Below, one piece after another: positions 43,331 through 53,563 of a stretch of 64,000 nt of DNA (position 1 is the stretch's first letter; every line of letters starts with the position of its first letter). The position numbers and the translations under genes were made by a program. The notes beneath the pieces were generated by a model, which worked only from the letters and a program-made list of their open reading frames with translations, was not told the DNA's origin and made no database searches. Origin of the DNA: Thermomicrobiales bacterium (lineage in GTDB: Bacteria > Chloroflexota > Chloroflexia > Thermomicrobiales > UBA6265); NCBI GenBank assembly GCA_965218235.1, contig OZ244595.1, positions 806,561-870,560 of the forward strand. The letters run 5' to 3'.

Positions 43331-45805
43331 GTGCAGAGCGAGTTTCAGCCATACGAACGGGCCGCCCGTCACCCGATCGTGAGCGACCGGCCGGCGCTGC
43401 GCTTCTTCGAGGGCGCGCTGCTCGGCAACGGCGGGCTGGGCGTCGTCGTCACCGAGCGGCCGGACGCCATCGAGATCACGCTCGGCCACAACAACGTCTG
43501 GGACGTCCGGCTCGACGAGCGCCACGCCGCGGAGATCGGCACGTTCGCCGAGGTCTTCGCGAAGGTTCGGGCGATCGACCCGTCGCTGACGACCCTGGAC
43601 GATGACCCGTGGTACGCCGCGTACTGCCGGACCATGGCCGATGACTACGACAGCCCGTACCCGCGACCCTTCCCCTGCGGCCGGATCGTCTTCGGCTTCG
43701 ACCGCCGCGACGTCGAGGTGCTCGGTCACGAGCTGGATGTCGCCAATGGGCTCTGCCGGGTCGCCCTGCTGGCCGGAGGCGAGCGCGTCACCGTCCGGAT
43801 CTTCGTCGATCAGACCGCGGATCAGGTCTGGATCGAGACGGTCGACGTGGACGGCAAGCCGGCGCCCGGCCCGTTCAACCGGGTCCGGGTGATGCCGGAG
43901 ACGGTCGCCGCCCCGCCGGCCGGAACGGCGCCGGGCGAGCATGGGGGGCTCCCGTTTCCGTCCTTCGCCATCCCGGCCGGGCTCGCGGCCGACGTTCTCG
44001 CCTTCCACCAGCGGCTGCCGGCGACGACCAACACCGGGGCCGATCAGATTCAGCGGGAGCCGGACCGGGCGTTCCGCGTCACGCTCCGGACGTCGGTCTC
44101 GCTTGGCCAGCGCGACCGGCCGGACGTGTTCGGGTCGCGGGTCGCGATGGGTCCGCTGGAGCGAGCGGTCCCGGCCGGCCCGGCGTTCGTCGCCTGCATC
44201 CGTCTGGACGAAGGGCTGGCGGTGGCGATACCCGCGACGGCTGGCGACCCGCCGGCCGCCAACGCGGACGGGTTCGCGGAGGCCTGGCGGCAGTCGGACG
44301 CTGTCTGGCGGGCGTACTGGGACCGTTCCGGCGTGGCGCTCGACGACGAGGACCTCGAGCGCCTCTGGTACCACAACCTTTACTTCCTCAACTGCGCTGT
44401 CGCCGCCGGCGTCCAGACGCCGGGTCTCTGGGCCAACTGGTGCTACCGCGAGATCGGCACCAAATGGCACGGCGACTACCACATGAACTACAACACCCAG
44501 CAGCCCTTCTGGGTGACGTTCTCCAGCAATCACCTTGACAAGCACCTGCCCTACGTCGACCTGGTCGAGCGGCTGCTCCCGGAGAGTCGGCGCTGGGCGT
44601 CGGACTACTACGGCCTGCGCGGGGCCTGCTTCCCACACTCGGCCTACCCGCTGGAGAACACCGTCCCGCCCTATCCCGTCCCGACCTGGGGCTGGGAGAT
44701 CTGCGAGACGCCATGGACCGTCCAGAGCCTGTGGTGGCACTACCAGTACGGCGGCGATGTCGACTTCCTCCGGGATCGCGCCTTCGGCCCGATCGCCGAG
44801 GCGGTCCGGTTCCTGATCGACTACGCCCGGCGACCGGAGGCGAGCGGTCCGGACTGGGGCGATGATCACCTTCACCTGTTCCCGTCGGTCGTCCCCGAGC
44901 TCTACGGTCTGACACCCGGCCTGCGCCACAACGCCGACATCCTGGTCGACCTGACCCTGACCCGGTTCGTCCTGAACGCCTACGTCTCGGCCTGCGGCGT
45001 CCTCGGGCGCGATGTCGCCACCGAGCCGATGCTGGCCGAGGCGCGGGAGCTGCGCGACCTCCTGCCGCCCAACCCGACGGCCCGATCGGAGCGCTTCGGG
45101 ACGGTCTTCGTCTCCGTCACGAACGAGGACCCGGAGATCGTCTACAACGTCCCGATCCCGGCGATGCCGGTCTTCCCCGGCGAGGAGATCGGGCTCGGAT
45201 CCGACCCGGCGCTGTTGGGGGTCGCCGTCAACTCGTACCGCAACCAGCGGAACGAGGGCGGCAACGAGCTGGTCTTCAGCCACCTTCAGGGCGCCCGGCT
45301 CGGAGTGCTCGACCTCGAGAAGTTCAAGCGGCAGGTGCGCTACTGCCTGCTGCCGAACGGGACTTGCACCGACCTCGCCCTCCAGTCGCTCGGCCGGTAC
45401 TCCGACCAGACCCGGTTCGACTTCATGGGCGACATGGGAATCTGGCTGGAGAACTTCGCGCTGCCGGTCGTCATCAACGAGTGCCTGCTCCAGAGCCACG
45501 ACGGGAACCTGCGGCTGTTCCCCAACTGGCCGCTGGGGAACCAGGCGGCGTTCCGGACGCTGCGGACGGTTGGCGCGTTCCTGGTCAGCGCAGCCTGCGC
45601 CGGTGGCTCGGTCCAGGAGGTCGAGGTTACGAGCGAGGCCGGTGGCTCGCTGCGACTGGTCAACCCGTGGCCCGGCCTGGTGCTCTGCCGGTCCCCGGCC
45701 GGCGAGCGGCAACTCGATGGCGCGGTGCTGACCCTTGAGACGCGACCGGGCGAGACGCTGACGTTTCGCCCCAGCGAGGGGAGGGCAGCGGGCATCAACC
45801 GATAA
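43331..45805 (+). CDS. Putative glycoside hydrolase, GH95-like (alpha/alpha)6 family
   Basis: GGGAGGA RBS and GTG start. The segment WHGDYHMNYNTQQPFW..NHLDKHLPYVDLVERL..YYGLRGACFPHS resembles the GH95 catalytic-domain pattern. The function is not certain. Confidence 0.5.
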   Translation: MQSEFQPYERAARHPIVSDRPALRFFEGALLGNGGLGVVVTERPDAIEITLGHNNVWDVRLDERHAAEIGTFAEVFAKVRAIDPSLTTLDDDPWYAAYCRTMADDYDSPYPRPFPCGRIVFGFDRRDVEVLGHELDVANGLCRVALLAGGERVTVRIFVDQTADQVWIETVDVDGKPAPGPFNRVRVMPETVAAPPAGTAPGEHGGLPFPSFAIPAGLAADVLAFHQRLPATTNTGADQIQREPDRAFRVTLRTSVSLGQRDRPDVFGSRVAMGPLERAVPAGPAFVACIRLDEGLAVAIPATAGDPPAANADGFAEAWRQSDAVWRAYWDRSGVALDDEDLERLWYHNLYFLNCAVAAGVQTPGLWANWCYREIGTKWHGDYHMNYNTQQPFWVTFSSNHLDKHLPYVDLVERLLPESRRWASDYYGLRGACFPHSAYPLENTVPPYPVPTWGWEICETPWTVQSLWWHYQYGGDVDFLRDRAFGPIAEAVRFLIDYARRPEASGPDWGDDHLHLFPSVVPELYGLTPGLRHNADILVDLTLTRFVLNAYVSACGVLGRDVATEPMLAEARELRDLLPPNPTARSERFGTVFVSVTNEDPEIVYNVPIPAMPVFPGEEIGLGSDPALLGVAVNSYRNQRNEGGNELVFSHLQGARLGVLDLEKFKRQVRYCLLPNGTCTDLALQSLGRYSDQTRFDFMGDMGIWLENFALPVVINECLLQSHDGNLRLFPNWPLGNQAAFRTLRTVGAFLVSAACAGGSVQEVEVTSEAGGSLRLVNPWPGLVLCRSPAGERQLDGAVLTLETRPGETLTFRPSEGRAAGINR

Positions 45806-45895
45806 CGTAGCGGGTTCTTCGATTCATGCTGGCCGGGCGTCTGGCCGTCGGCGTCGGGGCGACGACGTTTCGACACGATTCACAGGGAGACGACG

Positions 45896-47659
45896 ATGAC
45901 TCAGCAACAGGATGGGACGACCCCGGATGCGGCGAGTGAGATGCCGGTGACGGGCAGCTGGGCGGCCAGGACGCTGTCCCGCCGGCAGGCGGTCGTGGGG
46001 GCCGGGGCGGCGGTCGCCGGCGTGGGGGGCGGACTGTCGTGGCTGCGCAACCCGACGCCGCTCCAGGCCGCGCGGCAGCAGAGCACTCCGGCGGCGGAGT
46101 TCCGGCCGTCACTGCACACCTACCCGTTGGTCCAGGAGAAGAAGACCCTGCGGGTCCTGATCCCGCACTGGGGGATCAACTGGGCCGAGAACGCCTTCAC
46201 GCAGTGGTACGAGGACCGGACCAACGTCCACATCGAGTGGACGGTCGTGGAGGACGAGATCGCGCTGACCCAGCTCAATCTGCAACTGGCGAGCGGCGAT
46301 TATCCTGACATCATCATGGGCTTCAACTGGGCGCCCTTCGAGCTGACTCCGACGACCATCTCGGCCTACGGCGGTCAGGGGCTCTTCGTTCCACTGAACG
46401 ACTACCTCGCGACCAGCGCGCCCAACTACAACACCTACGTCCTGCCCGAATACCCGATCGCCGAGAAGCTCGTCACGATGCCGGACGGCGAGATCTACTC
46501 CCTGCCGCACGTCAACGACTGCTACCACTGCCAGTTCACCACCCAGAAGCTCTGGATCCAGACTGCCTGGCTGGAGCAGCTCGGAATGACGGCGGCGACG
46601 ACGCTGGATGAGTTCGAGGCCGTCCTCCGCGCCTTCAAGGACATGGACCCGAACGGGAACGGCAGCCCGGACGAGATCCCGCTGACCTCGCAGACCGGCT
46701 GGCCGCTCGATGGCTTCTTCATGAGCCCGTTCACGCCCAACCCCGGCAAGCCCTGGCTGTACCGGGACGGCGGCAAGGTCACCGCCGCCTACATGCAGGA
46801 CGGCTGGGTCCAGGGCAGCAATTACCTGCGCCGCCTGCTCGAGGGGCAGTTGCTCAGCCCGGACGCCTTCACCCAGAACGAGGAGCAGATCACCGGGCTT
46901 GGCAACAACAACCGGATCGGCGCGGCACCGGGCGTCGTCCAGGGCAACTTCGTCCGGCTGACGGACGGGGCGGCTGGTCTCTGGTCGACCTTCCTGATCC
47001 AGGCCCCGCTGGCCGGTCCCGACGGCACCCGGCGGAGCTTCCGCCGGTTCAACGAGGCCAACCTCGGCAACGTCTTCGTCGTGACCGACAAGTGCGAGGA
47101 TCCGGCGCTGGCCGTCGCCTGGGCCGACGGGCTGTACGAGTGGGAGACCGGGCTGCGCGCGACTTTCGGCGTCCCGGATGTCGACTGGCGCTGGGCGGAC
47201 GGCACCGAGCTGGGCATCGACGGGGAGCCGGCCCGCTACTCGCGGATTCCCGGTGACCCGAACGCGCCGGAGGACACCTCGGACAACGACTCCGCCTGGA
47301 ATCAGCTCGGCCCCCTGTTCCGCTCGAACAAGGACCGGCTCTCCGAGGCGGTGCTCAACGATCCCGACGTCAGCGCGGAGGTCCTGCTCTATCGCGGCTG
47401 CAAGGAGCAGCTGGAGCCGTTCGGCACCACCGAGGACATGGACGTGCTGCGCCCGATCTTCACGCCGGACGAGGCGACCCGGGTCAGCGAGCTCGAGACG
47501 GTCATCGCTGGCTACGTCGAGGAGCAGCTCGCCCTGCAGGTGACCGGGCAGGTCGACGCCGAAGCGGGGCGAGGCGACTTCCTCGACCAGCTCAGCGGCC
47601 TTGGCATCGAGGAGTACCTGTCGATCCAGCAGACCGCCCACGACCGGATGGGCGCCTAG
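45896..47659 (+). CDS. Large extracellular solute-binding protein (LplA/YtcQ-type, carbohydrate ABC transporter)
   Basis: TAT-like leader LSRRQAVVGAGAAVAGVGG. 587 aa. Followed by two permease genes. Confidence 0.75.
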   Translation: MTQQQDGTTPDAASEMPVTGSWAARTLSRRQAVVGAGAAVAGVGGGLSWLRNPTPLQAARQQSTPAAEFRPSLHTYPLVQEKKTLRVLIPHWGINWAENAFTQWYEDRTNVHIEWTVVEDEIALTQLNLQLASGDYPDIIMGFNWAPFELTPTTISAYGGQGLFVPLNDYLATSAPNYNTYVLPEYPIAEKLVTMPDGEIYSLPHVNDCYHCQFTTQKLWIQTAWLEQLGMTAATTLDEFEAVLRAFKDMDPNGNGSPDEIPLTSQTGWPLDGFFMSPFTPNPGKPWLYRDGGKVTAAYMQDGWVQGSNYLRRLLEGQLLSPDAFTQNEEQITGLGNNNRIGAAPGVVQGNFVRLTDGAAGLWSTFLIQAPLAGPDGTRRSFRRFNEANLGNVFVVTDKCEDPALAVAWADGLYEWETGLRATFGVPDVDWRWADGTELGIDGEPARYSRIPGDPNAPEDTSDNDSAWNQLGPLFRSNKDRLSEAVLNDPDVSAEVLLYRGCKEQLEPFGTTEDMDVLRPIFTPDEATRVSELETVIAGYVEEQLALQVTGQVDAEAGRGDFLDQLSGLGIEEYLSIQQTAHDRMGA

Positions 47660-47796
47660 CACTCACCGGAGTCTGAGCGACGCGCCAGCACCGCCGTCGG
47701 TCACGGGCGGTGCTGGCACCGCGTATCCGGTGCCGGGACGTCAAGCCGGTGCGGCGGCGCGGGTCTCGGGATCCGTCATGGGCAGGAGGACAGCGA

Positions 47797-48693
47797 ATGG
47801 CCCAGAACTTCATTGGCGAGCGTGGGGTCGACCGGGGCTTCACGGTCGGGAACTACCTGATCCTCGGCTTCTTCCTGATCGTGGTGGCGTACCCGCTGAT
47901 CTGGGTCGTGAGCGCGTCGATGAGCAACCCGACGGAGGTGATCGCCGGGCGGATGTGGCTCTGGCCGGTCGACATCACCTTCGACGGCTACCGGGCGGTC
48001 TTCAACCACGAGCGCGTGCTGATCGGCTTCCGCAACTCGTTCTTCTACACCGTCGCCGGCACGTTCGTCAGCGTCGTGCTGACGATCCTGGCGGCCTACC
48101 CGCTGTCCCGCCGCGACCTGCCCGGCCGCAACGTGATCATGTTCCTCTTCGTCTTCACCATGCTGTTCGGCGGAGGGCTGATCCCGACGTATCTCGTCGT
48201 TCGCGCCACGGGGATGCTCAACACGCCGTGGGCGATGATCATCCCGGCCGCCCTGTCGGTCTACAACATGATCATCACCCGGACGTTCTTCCAGTCCACG
48301 ATCCCGGAGGAACTGCGCGAGGCTGCCCAGCTCGACGGGTGCAGCGATTTCCGCTTCCTCTGGGACGTCGTCCTGCCGCTGTCGGGCCCGATCATCGCGG
48401 TCAACGCCCTGTTCTACGCCGTCGCGCAGTGGAACGCCTTCTTCAACGCCCTGATCTATCTGATCAACCCGGACCTGTACCCGCTGCAGTTGATCCTGCG
48501 CGAGATCCTCGTCCAGAACCAGGTCGATCTGTCGCAGATCTCCGACATCGACCGCCTCGTCCAGCAGCAGCAGATCCGCGACCTGCTCAAGTACGCGCTG
48601 ATCGTCGTGGCGAACCTGCCGATCCTGCTGATCTACCCCTTCGTCCAGCGCCACTTCGTCCGTGGTGTGCTGATCGGCTCGCTCAAGGGCTAG
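47797..48693 (+). CDS. Carbohydrate ABC transporter permease
   Basis: GGCAGGAGGA RBS before ATG 47797. EAA-loop-like segment EELREAAQLDGCSDFRFLWDVVLP. Six TM helices. Confidence 0.8.
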   Translation: MAQNFIGERGVDRGFTVGNYLILGFFLIVVAYPLIWVVSASMSNPTEVIAGRMWLWPVDITFDGYRAVFNHERVLIGFRNSFFYTVAGTFVSVVLTILAAYPLSRRDLPGRNVIMFLFVFTMLFGGGLIPTYLVVRATGMLNTPWAMIIPAALSVYNMIITRTFFQSTIPEELREAAQLDGCSDFRFLWDVVLPLSGPIIAVNALFYAVAQWNAFFNALIYLINPDLYPLQLILREILVQNQVDLSQISDIDRLVQQQQIRDLLKYALIVVANLPILLIYPFVQRHFVRGVLIGSLKG

Positions 48694-48728
48694 GCGGGCG
48701 GCGGTGACCACCCCGAAAGGAGACCGAC

Positions 48729-49712
48729 ATGGCCCCGCTCGTTCCGACCCAGGCGCGGGACGCCCGCGCGACCGACCAGACGGCCCGGCGCGACCGGACC
48801 CGGACGGGGCGGTCCAGCGTCCGGCGCAACTGGCAACTCTACGCAATGCTGGCGTTGCCGATGCTCTGGCTGCTGGTCTTCATGTACGTTCCGATGTGGG
48901 GGGCGCAGATCGCCTTCCGGGATTACCGGCCGGCGGACGGGTTCGCCGGGCTCTCCAGCGCCCCGTGGGTAGGTCTGGAGCACTTCCGGCGCTTCGTCGA
49001 CTCCTACAACTTCTGGCCGATCATCCGCAACACGCTGGTCCTGAACCTGTACTCGCTGGCGGCGGGCTTTCCGCTGCCGATCATCCTGGCGCTGTCGCTG
49101 AACTACGCCACCCGGGCCTGGTTCCGTAAGACCGTCCAGATGGTGAGCTACGCGCCGCACTTCATCTCGACGGTCGTGATCGTCGGTATGCTGTTCCAGT
49201 TCGTCGCCAGCGAGGGGTTGTTCAACCAGTTGCTGGGGCTGATCGGGGTCGACCCCATCGCCTTCATGTCCGAACCGCAGTACTGGAAGTCGCTGTACGT
49301 CTGGTCCGGCGTCTGGCAGAACGTCGGGTTCAGCTGCATCATCTACCTGGCCGCGCTGGCCGGGATCGACCCGACGCTGCACGAGGCGGCGATCGTCGAC
49401 GGCGCCAACAAGTTCCAGCGGATGCGGGACATCGACATCCCGGGGATCATGCCGGTCGCGATCATCCTGCTGATCCTCAACGTCGGCTCGCTGCTGAGCA
49501 CGGGGTTCGAGAAGATCATCCTGATGCAGAACGCGCTCAACACGAGCACCTCCGAGGTGATCGATACCTACGTCTATCGGGTCGGGCTCGCCTCCGAGAT
49601 CCCGCAGTTCTCCTACGCCGCCGCGATCGGCCTGTTCAAGGCCGTGATCGGACTGATCCTGATCTACGGCGTGAACTACCTCGCCCGGCGGCGCGGCACC
49701 AGCCTCTGGTAG
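48729..49712 (+). CDS. Carbohydrate ABC transporter permease (LplB-like)
   Basis: GAAAGGAG RBS. EAA-loop segment LHEAAIVDGANKFQRMRDIDIPGI. Multiple TM helices. Confidence 0.8.
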   Translation: MAPLVPTQARDARATDQTARRDRTRTGRSSVRRNWQLYAMLALPMLWLLVFMYVPMWGAQIAFRDYRPADGFAGLSSAPWVGLEHFRRFVDSYNFWPIIRNTLVLNLYSLAAGFPLPIILALSLNYATRAWFRKTVQMVSYAPHFISTVVIVGMLFQFVASEGLFNQLLGLIGVDPIAFMSEPQYWKSLYVWSGVWQNVGFSCIIYLAALAGIDPTLHEAAIVDGANKFQRMRDIDIPGIMPVAIILLILNVGSLLSTGFEKIILMQNALNTSTSEVIDTYVYRVGLASEIPQFSYAAAIGLFKAVIGLILIYGVNYLARRRGTSLW

Positions 49713-49935
49713 GCGGTGCCCGCGATCCACGGACGATCGTGGCCGGAACAGGGCCGGCTGGTCACGATCAGCTCCCGAACGTCCGATTCCCTGAGTTGCT
49801 GGGCAGACGCCCGGTCGATTTCCGGCGCCGCCGTTCGTCGTATGGTCAGGGCGATCGTCGAATGTCGACGATCGCCCGGCGTCCGCCGGACCTGTCGGCG
49901 GCGCGTCCGGTAACGATCGAAGGGAACGTCCGATC

Positions 49936-50322
49936 ATGGGACAGCCAGTCGTCCATTTCGAGATCATCGGCAAGGACCCGAACCAGCTCCGTACGTTCTT
50001 CGGCGACCTGTTCGGCTGGGAGTTCGATACCGATGCTCCGGTCGCGGGGGCGGTCTCGGAGCCGGGGAACTACGGGTTCGTCGATCGCAACACGACCGGC
50101 GACGGCGTCGGGATTCCGGGCGGCATCGGCGGTGGCGCTGGGTACGAGACCCATGCCGTCTTCTATGTCGGGGTTCCGGACGTGGAGACGGCGCTCTGGC
50201 ACGCCGAGCGGCTGGGCGGGACGCGGCTGATGGGACCGGCGACGAACGTCAACGGAGGCGTCGTCGTCGGTCAGTTCCGCGACCCCGAGGGCAACCTGAT
50301 CGGCGTGGCTGGACCGACGTAG
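49936..50322 (+). CDS. VOC / glyoxalase family protein
   Basis: PVVHFEIIGKDPNQLRTFFGDLFGW ... FRDPEGNLIGV. GAAGGGA RBS. Confidence 0.75.
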   Translation: MGQPVVHFEIIGKDPNQLRTFFGDLFGWEFDTDAPVAGAVSEPGNYGFVDRNTTGDGVGIPGGIGGGAGYETHAVFYVGVPDVETALWHAERLGGTRLMGPATNVNGGVVVGQFRDPEGNLIGVAGPT

Positions 50323-50430
50323 CCGGACGCGACAGTCACGGTCGAACGGCCCCGTGGAGACTTACGGCCCCGGAACATCAGCTCATCCCGAGGCCGTTGG
50401 CGTATTCGCTCGAAGATGAACGTCGGTCGC

Positions 50431-51864
50431 CTAGAACTGGGCGTCGAACAGGGCCCAGCGCAGGAAATAGACGAGAAAGGCGGCCGCGACGACGTGGAGA
50501 CCGACCGGCACCTTCGTCGCCTTGCCGCGGGCGATCTTGATCAGGACATAACTGACGAAGCCGACGCCGATCCCGTTGGTGATGTTGTAGGTTAGCGGCA
50601 TGACGAGGATCGTCAGGACGACCGGGACGCCGATCTCGAGGTCGCTGAGATCGATCCGGCGGCCAGACCCCGCCTCGGTGTCGGTCAGGACCGACGCCAT
50701 CAGGATGCCGACGATGATCAGCGCCGGGGCCGTCGCCACGCCGGGGATCGCCGTGACGAGGTTGACGAACGGCAGCGCCAGCAGGAACAGGACGCCGGTC
50801 GTGACCGAGACCAGCCCGGTCCGGCCGCCGGCCTCGACCCCCGCCAGGCTCTCGATGTAGGACGTCGCCGACGAGGCGCTCGCGGCCCCACCGGCGATCG
50901 CGGCGACGGAGTCGACGAGGAGCGGCTTCTGGGCGTCCGGTAACTGGCCGCTCCGGTCGAGGTAGCCGGCCCGGTTGCCGACGCCGATCAGCGTACCCAT
51001 CGTGTCGAAGAAGTCGGCCAGCAGGATGCTGAAGACGACCAGCACCGCCGTCAGCCCGCCGAGCGTGCTCCAGTAGTTGAAGCTGAACTCGCCGAGCAGC
51101 CCGAAGTCCGGCCCGGCGAAGGGCTCGTCCGGGAAGGTCGCGACGTCGCCGGGAACGATGAAGGCGACGATGGTCGCGATCACGATCCCGACCAAAATCC
51201 CGGCCCGGAAACCCCGCGCCATCAGGACGAGCGTGACGATCAGGCCGACGATGGCGACGAAGATTGGCCAGGTGTCGAGCGCGGCGAGGGCCGGCATCCC
51301 GTCCGTCGTCGAGATGGCGATGCCGGCGTTGCGCAGGCCGATGAACAGGATGAAGAAGCCGATCCCGACCGCGATCGCCTGCTTGAGGACGAACGGGACG
51401 AGATCGAGGACGTAGCGCCGCACGCCGGCCAGCACCAGGATGGTCGCGACGATGCCCTCGGTGACGATGACGCCCATCGCCTCCGGGAAGCTCAGGCCGA
51501 GCGAGCCGACCAGCGTGAACGAGACGATCGCGTTGATCCCCAGCCCGGGGGCGATCGCGATCGCCATGTTGGCGTAGAGTCCCATGAGGATCGTCATCAC
51601 CCCGGCGACGAGGCAGGTGACGGTCGCGACCTGGCGGATCTCGAGGCCGCCGCCGCCTAGGTTCAGGATGATCGGGTTGACGGCGATGATGTAGGCCATG
51701 ACCAGGAACGTGCTCAGTCCGGCCAGTACTTCCGTCCGGACGTTCGTGTCGAACCGCGAGAGGTGGAACAGCCGCTCCAGCAGACCACTGGCGCCGGACG
51801 CCGGGGCGTTGCGCGAGGGCGTGTTGTGCGACGGGAGCGATGCGGCCGAGCGTCGTTGTGCCAT
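50431..51864 (-). CDS. NCS2 family nucleobase permease (AzgA / adenine-guanine-hypoxanthine permease type)
   Basis: FDTNVRTEVLAGLSTFLVMAYIIAVNP and about 12 TM helices. GAGGA RBS before ATG 51864. Confidence 0.8.
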   Translation of the reverse strand: MAQRRSAASLPSHNTPSRNAPASGASGLLERLFHLSRFDTNVRTEVLAGLSTFLVMAYIIAVNPIILNLGGGGLEIRQVATVTCLVAGVMTILMGLYANMAIAIAPGLGINAIVSFTLVGSLGLSFPEAMGVIVTEGIVATILVLAGVRRYVLDLVPFVLKQAIAVGIGFFILFIGLRNAGIAISTTDGMPALAALDTWPIFVAIVGLIVTLVLMARGFRAGILVGIVIATIVAFIVPGDVATFPDEPFAGPDFGLLGEFSFNYWSTLGGLTAVLVVFSILLADFFDTMGTLIGVGNRAGYLDRSGQLPDAQKPLLVDSVAAIAGGAASASSATSYIESLAGVEAGGRTGLVSVTTGVLFLLALPFVNLVTAIPGVATAPALIIVGILMASVLTDTEAGSGRRIDLSDLEIGVPVVLTILVMPLTYNITNGIGVGFVSYVLIKIARGKATKVPVGLHVVAAAFLVYFLRWALFDAQF

Positions 51865-51908
51865 GGTGGGTTGTTCCTCGTCTCATTGTCAGCGCGACAC
51901 GATTCGTC

Positions 51909-51923
51909 TGTACGTACACTATA
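51909..51923 (-). promoter_or_regulatory. TATAGT (-10-like, minus strand) abutting the perfect 10-bp palindrome TGTACGTACA upstream of the permease
   Basis: Palindrome at 51909-51918. The complement of 51918-51923 reads TATAGT. It lies ~50 nt upstream of ATG 51864. Confidence 0.3.
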
Positions 51924-52700
51924 GGGTCCGTGCGCGGCGATGGGAAGCGTACGGCTGGATATCGGCGGACGGGCACCGGTGGGGCACCGGCTATCGCCCT
52001 ACGGCGAGGCCCGGCCGTAACTGACCGGGCTCAACGACATTGGTCACAGCGTCGCTGGCTCATTCGATCACCGGAGCCTCCATGTACCGCGTACCGCTGA
52101 CGATCACCAAAGCGCTGATGCACTCCGTCCGGGATACGGCGGCGCGGGCGATACTGGCGGGGCGAGGGATTGATCGGCGGCGACGATGGGCCGATCTCCT
52201 GACGGCGCGGTGCGGCGCGGCGGAGAGGAGCGACGATGGGCTACGAGGAGGCCAGGCGGCTGGCGGGGGAGGCGTCGGACCTCGAGTTCGAAGGCCGGAG
52301 CGACGACGCCATGGGCGTCTACGGCGAGGCGCTCGAGATCGCCCACCGCGACGCGGACCCATGGGACCTCGCCGTGTTCCTGTCGACGATGGCGTCGTTC
52401 CTGATGCGGCGGAAGCGATACGATCTCGCCCTGACGCTGTTCGAGGAGGCGATCCCACTCCACCGGGCCCATTCCGAGCCTGACCGGCTGGCGCACTGGC
52501 TGATGCGGACGGCCGAGTGCCTCCGCAAGCTCGGGCTGGACGACCGGGCGACCGTCTACTTCGACCGGGGGCTGGCCCTGTCGCGCCAGCACGCCGAGGG
52601 CGGGGTACTGTTCGACCGGCTGTTGTCCAGCGCTGCCTTCCACCAGACGCTCGGCCACCGCGACCAGGCGCTGGCCCTCTACCTGGAGGCGCTGCCGCTA

Positions 52701-53563
52701 GAGCGTGTCATGGACTTCCGAGTGGCAGGAGCGAGAGTTTGTGAAGCATGAGGCAGGCAAAGGCGACGAAATGCAAGCCGGCCACGGTCGTGGGCAGGCG
52801 CTCATAGTCCTTGGCCAGCCGCCGGAAGCGCGTCGCCCAGGCGAACGAGCGCTCCACCACCCAGCGCCGCGGCAGCAAGACGAAGCCCTTCTTTGCTCCC
52901 GGCAGCCGGACCACGACCAGCTCGATCCCGCGTGCCTCCGCCTCGTCAGCCGGCTCCTCCCCCGTGTAGCCCTGATCGACCCAGGCCAGTTCCACGGTGT
53001 TGCCGGTCGCCGCCTGCACCGCGTCCGCCAGCTCGCCCACCTGCGCCCGCTCCTGATCGTTGGCCGGCGTCACGCGCAGCGCCAGCAGGTGCCCCAGCGT
53101 GTCGACCGCCGCGTGGAGCTTGCTGCCGCGGGTCTTCTTGTGCCCGTCGTAGCCGGCCCGGTGCCCGCTCTCCGGGGTGCCGCGCAGGGTCCGCGCGTCC
53201 AGGATCACCGCGGTGGGATCGGGATCGCGGCCGCTCGCTTCGCGCAGCAGCGCCCGCAGGTCGTGGACCATCTCCTCGAAGCAGCCGGCGGCGATCCAGC
53301 GCAGCGTCTGCTGGTGGACCGCTGCCCACGGCGGCAGATCGCCGGGCAGATAGCGCCACGGCGAGCCGGTCCGCACCATCCAGCGCAGGGCGTTGAAAAC
53401 CTCGCGGGGATCATGCCGGCGCTGCGGGGCGTCCGGGGTCATCAGCGTCAGGTAGGGGGCGACGAAGGCCCACTCGTCGTCCGTCACGTCGCTCGGGTAG
53501 GGCTTGCGGGAGATCGTGCTCATTTGCTGAGTTTACGACCCCCGCAGAGTCCATGACACGCTC
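52701..53563 (-). mobile_element. IS5-family insertion sequence (~863 bp)
   Basis: 16-bp perfect terminal inverted repeats GAGCGTGTCATGGACT (52701-52716; complement of 53548-53563). Flanks read ..CTA|IS|TAG.., consistent with insertion at CTAG with a TA or CTAG duplication. A single transposase ORF fills the element. Confidence 0.85.
52708..53523 (-). CDS. IS5-family DDE transposase
   Basis: PYPSDVTDDEWAFVAPYL...FNALRWMVRTGSPWRYLP...KGFVLLPRRWVVERSFAWATRFRRLAKDYER are typical of IS5/IS4-superfamily DDE_Tnp_1 proteins. Confidence 0.85.
   Translation of the reverse strand: MSTISRKPYPSDVTDDEWAFVAPYLTLMTPDAPQRRHDPREVFNALRWMVRTGSPWRYLPGDLPPWAAVHQQTLRWIAAGCFEEMVHDLRALLREASGRDPDPTAVILDARTLRGTPESGHRAGYDGHKKTRGSKLHAAVDTLGHLLALRVTPANDQERAQVGELADAVQAATGNTVELAWVDQGYTGEEPADEAEARGIELVVVRLPGAKKGFVLLPRRWVVERSFAWATRFRRLAKDYERLPTTVAGLHFVAFACLMLHKLSLLPLGSP

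Noticed and set aside
43007-45712. 901-aa minus-strand ORF.
   Set aside because: It is antisense to the GH95-like gene (43331..45805), which has an RBS and family-like motifs. Its composition (R, P, G, D, V) is a high-GC antisense artefact.
50378-51976. 532-aa same-strand alternative frame overlapping the NCS2 permease.
   Set aside because: Its translation is Arg/Pro/Gly-rich without TM helices. The 50431..51864 frame gives a textbook AzgA-type permease with an RBS.
51865-52030. Possible purine riboswitch in the leader of the nucleobase permease.
   Set aside because: The minus-strand leader lacks the conserved purine-riboswitch core (the UAUAAU..GAUAUGG..UUUCUACC..CCGUAAA..GACUAUA pattern). 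I found only a short palindrome and a -10-like box. A covariance-model scan (Rfam purine model) would settle it.
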